A DNA stretch of 64,000 bases from Eledone cirrhosa (lineage: Eukaryota), in NCBI GenBank assembly GCA_964016885.1, contig OZ024743.1, positions 125,488,001 to 125,552,000 on the forward strand, given 5' to 3'. Positions 56,704 through 64,000 of this stretch are shown here, one piece after another (the first letter of the stretch is position 1; every line of letters begins with the position of its first letter). Below the pieces are notes generated by a model that saw nothing but the letters and a program-made list of their open reading frames with translations, did no database searches and was not told the origin of the DNA. A program made the position numbers and the translations under genes.

Positions 56704-56979
56704 TCTTAACAAAGATTACTGAAATTTTAGTTTGAATGACTGCCATATAAAAAGAATTGGGTCAAAAAAGAATTGATTATTATTGATTATTTACTTAATA
56801 ATTGAAAATAGAAATTTACACTCAAATTGTTTGTATGATTGTAATGTATATGTATATATATTTATATATATATGTGTTTAATATAGAAATGGCTATATAT
56901 ATATGTGTATATATATCATGTTTAATATAGAAATGGCTATATATATATATATATATCATGTTTAATATAGTTATCTCCT

Positions 56980-57258
56980 TATAATATATAACCAGCAATT
57001 TCTCTGTCTGTCTGTCCGACAGTGGAAACACGTGCACGCGTGCAAATGTTTTTTGCGCACGCGACGCGTAGAGAGAGAGTGAGAGTGAAAGAAAGAGACA
57101 GACTACAAGAGGGGGATAGCGGGAGGGAGAGAGGGGAGAATTGAGGAGTGCTACAGAAACATATATATACACACACAGAAATATATATACATTTCTGTGT
57201 GTGTAATATATATATATATATATACACACACAGAAATATATATACATTTCTGTGTGTG

Positions 57259-57328
<70 letters not shown>

Positions 57329-57404
57329 TACACACACAGAAATGTATTTATATATACACACAGAAATATATATACATCCCTTAGCTACTGTACTGGATCT
57401 GTTG

Positions 57405-57455
<51 letters not shown>

Positions 57456-57982
57456 GCTATCCCTCTCTTTTAGTCTGTCTGTTTCTCTCACTCTCACTCT
57501 TTCTCTTTGTAACACACTAACATTCCTCCCCTCTATCGCTGTGACGAATGGGGAGATGGAGGAGGAGAAGAGAGTCACTTCGTCACTTCACCTCTGCCTT
57601 TCTTTCTTTCCCCTCTCACTCCCTCATTACGTACAGACATTAGGGCGGTGGATTGGCAGAATCTGTAGAGAGTCGGACACCATGCTTCATAGCATGGAGT
57701 TACGTCCCTTTACGGTCTGAGTTCAAATACCGCCGAGGTTAACTTTGCCTTTCATTCTCACGGGGTCGATAAAATAAAGTACCAGTAATGTACTGGGTAA
57801 TTGCTAGCCTTGTGCCAAAAGTAAAAACAATTATTAGAAACATTGCTTCATTTTTACATATCTAAGCATTCGTAAAATAACTAATAATTTCAAAAGTAAT
57901 TTTTCAATTCCAATTGTTATGAACAGCAAAACATTAATAATAATTTTGTTCTAAGAAATATATATATACATTTCTGTGTGTG

Positions 57983-58021
<39 letters not shown>

Positions 58022-58049
58022 GAAATATATATACATTTCTGTGTGTGTA

Positions 58050-58082
<33 letters not shown>

Positions 58083-58611
58083 GAAATATATGGGCATTTC
58101 TCTGTTTGTCTGTCTGTCTGTCCTTCCCTAAAACTCAAATGTTGGTGCTACAGAAATATTACCTTCCCCTTCCTTTCTCCACTTTGGTACTACCAAGAGA
58201 AACACTGTCGCTATAGAAACATTACCTTCCCCTCTCCACTGACTTTGGTCACTTAGGCCGAGGGAATCGCTGGTTGCTATAGAGACACCTTGCACAAGCC
58301 AGAAGTAACCAGTTCGAGGCGGTTCTGACTTGACACCATGCCAAGGACCATTTGAAGATATATTTCCATCGTTATATCATAACGTTTATATTTCCGTCAC
58401 TAATCTCTTTTTCTCCTTTTTCGTTTTAACATATATTTATTTCAAAGATTTCACCGTATAGATAACATATATATTTATACATGCATAAAAGACACACCGA
58501 GAGACGGTGAACATGTGGTGCCGAAAACATTTCTCATCCAAATTTCAACAATATCAGTATATACACTAGATTTGCTAGCAGAAAACCGCCCACCGGGTGG
58601 TTTTCTGCTAG
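56980..58611 (+). mobile_element. Probable non-autonomous Helitron (family B) with a nested SINE at 57644-57836; 5' boundary uncertain
   Basis: (CTGT)n near the start; ends CCCACCGGG-TGGTTTTCTGCTAG|T. Confidence 0.5.
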
Positions 58612-58632
58612 TCTATATATATAAAACTGAGG

Positions 58633-58685
<53 letters not shown>

Positions 58686-59227
58686 TGTGAGTTTGAATCC
58701 TTAAGACTCGAGAAGTACCCAACCGATGTTTTTCAAACTTTACATGTGTATTACTTTTTCATCCCCTAGGGCTCACATTGGGTTAAAAACTGCGTTTTTT
58801 CCAGTTTTTTAGGGGGTTTTTGAGGCGTTACATCAGACCGATTTCCTTGAAATTGTAACTATGTATTAGTCGGTCTCTTCTTCATACCGTGAGCAAAGAA
58901 AATCCAACTTTTTTATGGCCTAGGGCCCGCATTAGGTGAAAACTTCATTTTTTCAGCTTTTTAGGATTTTTTGAGGCGTTAAATCTAGCCGATTTTCCCG
59001 AAATTTCAAGGCATATTATGCACATAAAAAAAATTCATTTTCTAGGGCCCGCATTAGGTGAAAACCTGCATTTTTTCCTGTTTCATCTAGGAAAATCTTA
59101 GATTATCCAGCCATCAGAGTATTCGGTTTATTTTATTTACATATTGTCCAGGCATGCAGTTTTAGGTCTGTTGGCGGCCTGCGTTCCAAAGTACCTTATC
59201 CCGTGCAATGCCGGGTGTCACTACTAG
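58612..59227 (+). mobile_element. Non-autonomous Helitron (family C)
   Basis: TCTATATATATAAAAC start, (TG)n, 3' hairpin CCCGTGCAATGCCGGG then CTAG|T. Confidence 0.8.
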
Positions 59228-59238
59228 TATATAATATA

Positions 59239-60231
59239 CTAGCTGACGTACCCAGCTTCACCCGGGTAAACAGATGATAAGAGAAGACAGGTAAAAGAAA
59301 AAATAACTGTATTGGATGTTTGTCTGGTTACAGTATGAGGCGAGTCCGTGGTGTCTGTGTGATACAAAAAACAGTAAAAAACATATTTCAGATATACCAG
59401 ATTCTTCGTTGTACCATTTGTGCATAGTATATGAACAATTCTAGGTGCTCCCACCTAGAATAGTGACATGCTACGAGATGGTTCATCTTCTGCCTGACTG
59501 TAAAACGTGTATCATTGCATAGACGTAGTTGTTCCACGTTTCTTAAAAGGATGATGGAAGTTCCAATCTTTTATATTATATGTAGATATAGATAATTAAT
59601 ATAAAAGATGTCCGTCATTGTAAAAAAGGTCCCTATTTACTTGAAATGGTTTATACAAATGCCAAATTAATATTAATGCATGTTAATGCTTATCTATAAG
59701 TGGTCAGCTATAATAATAAAACAACAAATTATATGACACAAAAATAAATATAAAAGATGTCCGTCAATGTAAAAAAAGGTCCCTATTTACTCCCTTCACA
59801 ACTCTGTGTATGTTAGACTGACAGACAGGCACACAGACAGATAAACTGCATGGCGATTGTGGAACGCCACACACATACACGCATGGAAACACGCACGCAA
59901 ACTTACGCATAGTTTTTACTTTCTGTGGAATGCTGCACGCACGCACACATAAACATACACGCACGTACATACACATGCACACATGTTAATAGTTATTGCT
60001 TTCCTTCCCCTCTTATTTCCACACACATCACACCTCTCTACACTGCCACATATACATAGTGTATCCAACACAGCGTTCACACTCTCCCCTCTCACTCCAT
60101 CATTGGCGTTATGCATATTAATTTCAGTTTGGCGTCGTTGGGGTGGGCGGAGTCGTTTGAAACCTATGAACCAATGATAATCGAGAATTATGACACACGG
60201 AATACTGACATTCTTGAAATTAATATATAGA
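59239..60231 (-). mobile_element. Helitron deletion derivative with a RepHel helicase C-terminal remnant
   Basis: A|TCTATATATTAAT start; GAPRIVHILCTNGTTKNLVY resembles the SRVG...G.TKNIVY end of Helitron Pif1-like helicases; hairpin CCCGGGTGAAGCTGGG then CTAG|T. Confidence 0.75.
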
Positions 60232-60631
60232 TATATATATATATATATTATGTTGGTACCACAAAACATCCAGCCCACACTGTAGTGGTCATGTAGATGT
60301 CACGACAAAAAGCACCCAGCACACACTGTAAATGTGGTTGGCGTTAGGAAGGGTATCCAGCCATAGAAAACCAGCCAGAAACAGCCCTATATGAGCGAGA
60401 CCCAACTTGCCTCTAATGGGACTAACCCATCTAACCTATGCTAGCATGGAAGATAGATATTAAACGGTGATGATGTTATATATGTATATATTCAATAGTT
60501 CATTTACTTTTAGTTTTTTAATTGTTCACCCAAAAGTAAATTTAGTTAGTTATGTCTTTTTTATTTGAATGTCTAGACAACATAAACTTGATAACTCATG
60601 TTTGTTTGTATGAGTGTGTGTGTGTGTGTGT

Positions 60632-60687
<56 letters not shown>

Positions 60688-60859
60688 ATGTGTGCAGGCA
60701 TACACGTAAGATACTGGTAACTCGGATTGTGGCAACTATGTCACCATGGAAAGCAATGTAAAATGATGATGATTATACATACATATGTATATATACACAC
60801 ATCGTCATCTTCATCATCATATATATATATGTCTATATATATATATATATATATATATA

Positions 60860-62943
60860 AATCGATCCAATAGAGGAACCAGCAGTACCAGTTGAAGGTA
60901 GTTTAATAAGTAAGGCAATCAAAGATATGAAGACAGGCAAGGCAGCTGGGCCTTCGGAGATAGTTGCTGATATGCTGAAAGCATCTGGAATGGTGGGACA
61001 CACTATGGTCACCCGGATAGTAAACCTAGTAATACAGAATGGGGTCATACCAAATGACTGGCGTAGCAGCATCATCATTAACTGCTACAAGGGTAAAAGA
61101 GATGCCCTAGACAGGGGAAACTATAGAGGCATTAAATTAGTTGACCAGGTCATGAAGGTCACAGAAAGAGTTATAGCGCAACTAATCAGAGAGCGAATTG
61201 ATATAGATGAAATGCAGTTTGGGTTTGTGTCAGGTAAAAGTACCACGGACGCTCTTTTCCTTGTACGACAACTACAGGAGAATTACCTAGCTAAAAGTAA
61301 ACCCCTCTACTTAGCTTTTGTTGACTTGGAGAAAGCCTTTTGACAGAATCTCCTGCTCCATTATCTGGTGGGTTCTTAGAAAACTAGGTGTTGATGAATA
61401 GTTTGTGAGAGCTATACAAGCCATGTATAAAGAAACAGTCAGCAGGGTTAGAATTAACAATGAATATAGTGAAGAATTTAGCGTAAAAGTTGGTATTCAT
61501 CAAGGCTCTGTCCTTAGCCCCCTCCTATTTATTATTCACCTTCAGGCTATAACAGAGGAGTTCAAGACCGGCTGCCCATGGGAACTTCTATATGCAGATG
61601 ATCTAAGTCTCATAGCTGAATCAATGGCTGAACTAGAGAAGAAATTGCAAACATGGAAGCATGGCCTAGAATCAAATGGCCTTAAAGTTAATTTGTCTAA
61701 GACTAAAGTTTTAGTATGTAGGAAGGAAAATAGGGTACAGGTACCCTATGGGAAATGGCCATGCTCAGTGTGTAGGAAAGGCGTAGGCAGAAATTCCATA
61801 TGTCCCAAATGCAAACTATGGGTACATAAAGGATGTAGTGGGATCACAGGTAAGCTATCTAAGAATATAGATTTTATATGTGGCCGATGCTCAGGTGCAA
61901 TAAGTAGCAAGTGCCCACAGGATACTAGCTCCTTCTATTGCCCAGATGGTTCTATAGAAATAGTGGACACCTTCCGTTACCTGGGTGACAAAATCAGCAG
62001 TGGTGGAGGGTGCTCTGAAAGTACAGTAGCCAGAGTCAGAATGGGATGGAAAGAGTTCAGAGAGCTTATACCACTATTGGCCACTAAAGGTTTCTCCCTA
62101 AAAATGAAAGGCAGATTGTATGATGCCTGTATACGAACAGCAATGTTACATGGCAGTAAGACATGGGCATTGCATGCAGAGGACCTGTGCAGACTGGAAA
62201 GGAACGAAGCATCCATGCTCCATTGGATGTGTAATAGTAATATACGCGAACGGCAAAGCATAAATGAACTAAGTGAGTAATTAGGAATAAGAGGGATCGG
62301 ATGCTGTTTACTCGAAAGAAGACTACGTTGGTATCGTTACGAGATGCGCATGAAAGACGACAGCTGTATAAAAAAGTGCAGGGTGATCAAAATAGATGGA
62401 AGTTACGGAGTAAGTAGACCCAGAAAAACCTGGGACGATTTGATAAATTCCGCCCTTACACACTTACACCTCTCTAGACCGAGAGCTTTGGCGCTATGCA
62501 GTAATACAGAAGACCCGCCTTGCCTATGTACAAAGCGAAACCTACAGTCAGTAGGCACCTCTTAACCAAATATATACCCCATCCCACAGCCCCTACTGCA
62601 CCCCACCCCTTACTCCCACCAACACAACCCTTTCTCTGTAAAGTTATGTTGGTACCACAACATCCAGTCCAAAATAAATGAGGTCGTGTAGGTGTCTCGA
62701 CAAAAAAAACACACAGTCTACGCTGTAATGTGGTCGTGTATGTAACACAGTAAAAACCTCCCAGTCCACACTGTAAACGTGGTTGGTGTTAGGAAGGGCA
62801 TCCAGCCATAAAAAAACCTGCCAGACAGTCCTATACGAGCGAGACATGGTCACCCGACCAATCTTGCCTCAAGTAGGACAATTCCCGACTAAACATATGC
62901 TAGCGTGGAAGATAGACGTTAAACGATGATGATGATGATGATG
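60860..62943 (+). mobile_element. 5'-truncated RTE LINE (same subfamily as 31794-35020), decayed
   Basis: KAAGPS, NYRGIKL, LLYADD, FRYLG; frameshift near 61340; 3'UTR and (GAT)n tail. Confidence 0.95.
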
Positions 62944-63112
62944 GTATATATATATATGTATATATATATGACCAAAGATTAATATGGTTCATTGATTACT
63001 CAATGAATATAGTTTTACAATAGATTAAAAGCACTCTACAAAAAAGTTTTCTGGAGTTATTAATATTATTCAGAATATTAATAAATGAAGACATTCACAT
63101 AATCAAAATATA

Positions 63113-63178
63113 TGTTTTATTATATATATTTCGAAGGTACTGTGCTGGTTTTTCAGTACGTCCTCGTCAGATAAAATA
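63113..63178 (-). ncRNA. Hammerhead motif in element 62968-63390 (paralog of 28238-28612)
   Basis: TATTTTAT-CTGACGA-GGACGTACTG..CAGTACCTTC-GAAA-TATATA-TA-ATAAAACA; 33-bp inverted repeat 63065-63097 / 63356-63388. Confidence 0.8.
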
Positions 63179-63539
63179 CATGAATGATGTATGACATACC
63201 CCAACCGTCTTGATGGTTCAATTCTAGTATTGGCAGTGATTTATTACAACAAATCTCAACATTTATATACCACAAATAATATGATAAACTTAAATTTAAT
63301 AAAGAAGAGGATGTGGAGCGAGATATGGGTATAAGGAGGGGGTGAGTAAATTATATGAATGTCTTCATTTATTAATATTCTGAATAATTTGTATATATAT
63401 ATATATATATATATATTCAGGAGATAAGGATGCAATTCACTTCAAGCACTCAACTTCATATTACTTCTTTAAAATAAGGAAGATGGAGTATATTTATAAA
63501 GAGGAAAATGTGATGTTGTTAGTGTCTTTTATTAATTGA

Positions 63540-63590
63540 GCTGTTAAACATTTTTCCATGATGATAATTGTCATGATTTCTTCAGACAGC
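63540..63590 (-). ncRNA. Hammerhead motif in fold-back 63416-63670
   Basis: GCTGT-CTGAAGA-AAT-CATGA..TCATG-GAAA-AATGTT-TA-ACAGC; the right arm keeps only GAAA-TATGTA-TA-ACGGC. Confidence 0.65.
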
Positions 63591-63694
63591 AAAATTGAGT
63601 AAAAGGAAATATGTATAACGGCTCAATTAATAAAAGACTCTAACATCTACAACTTAACATTTTTCTTTTTATATATGTGTATATATATATATGC

Positions 63695-63736
<42 letters not shown>

Positions 63737-64000
63737 AACTATATATGATATATAATTATAATGTAATCAAAAAGATTCTTACAAGCATGGCCCAAGATGG
63801 AAAATGTGTATAACACTGCCTACAAGAGTTGAACCACATATGTAGCTGACGACTGTCTTACTGATTAAAGCAAACTTGAACAGCTCTAGCCATCAAATTA
63901 ATGCTTCTCAGCATCTTACTCATCTCTCATGAGGATAGCCACTTGACCAACCAGTAGAGATCTCTCCAACAATGGTTAACATAGTCCAATATGATACTGA

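Overview
AT-rich, microsatellite-laden eukaryotic DNA. The repeat make-up resembles an octopod cephalopod genome, which is inference only. No intact protein-coding gene is supportable; three weak candidate exon regions are flagged. The window is mostly mobile DNA: a degraded but boundary-complete Ty3/Gypsy LTR element (2533-10403, TSD ATATT) with nested insertions, several RTE LINE copies, a deleted mariner, MITEs, non-autonomous Helitrons (one with a helicase remnant), two tRNA-SINE families and kb-scale (TA)n arrays. The main unexplained structure is a dense population of about 20 type-I hammerhead ribozyme (HHR) motifs (CUGANGA...GAAA...UH) in several sequence families. Most sit in short fold-back palindromes with outward-pointing ribozymes on both strands and lie in or next to (TA)n tracts. 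They show stem-II covariation, palindromic stem III, one U3-A8 core variant and a shared 3' hairpin motif. They look like a non-coding Penelope-like/retrozyme-like system. All structures were read by eye and none has been computed or tested.
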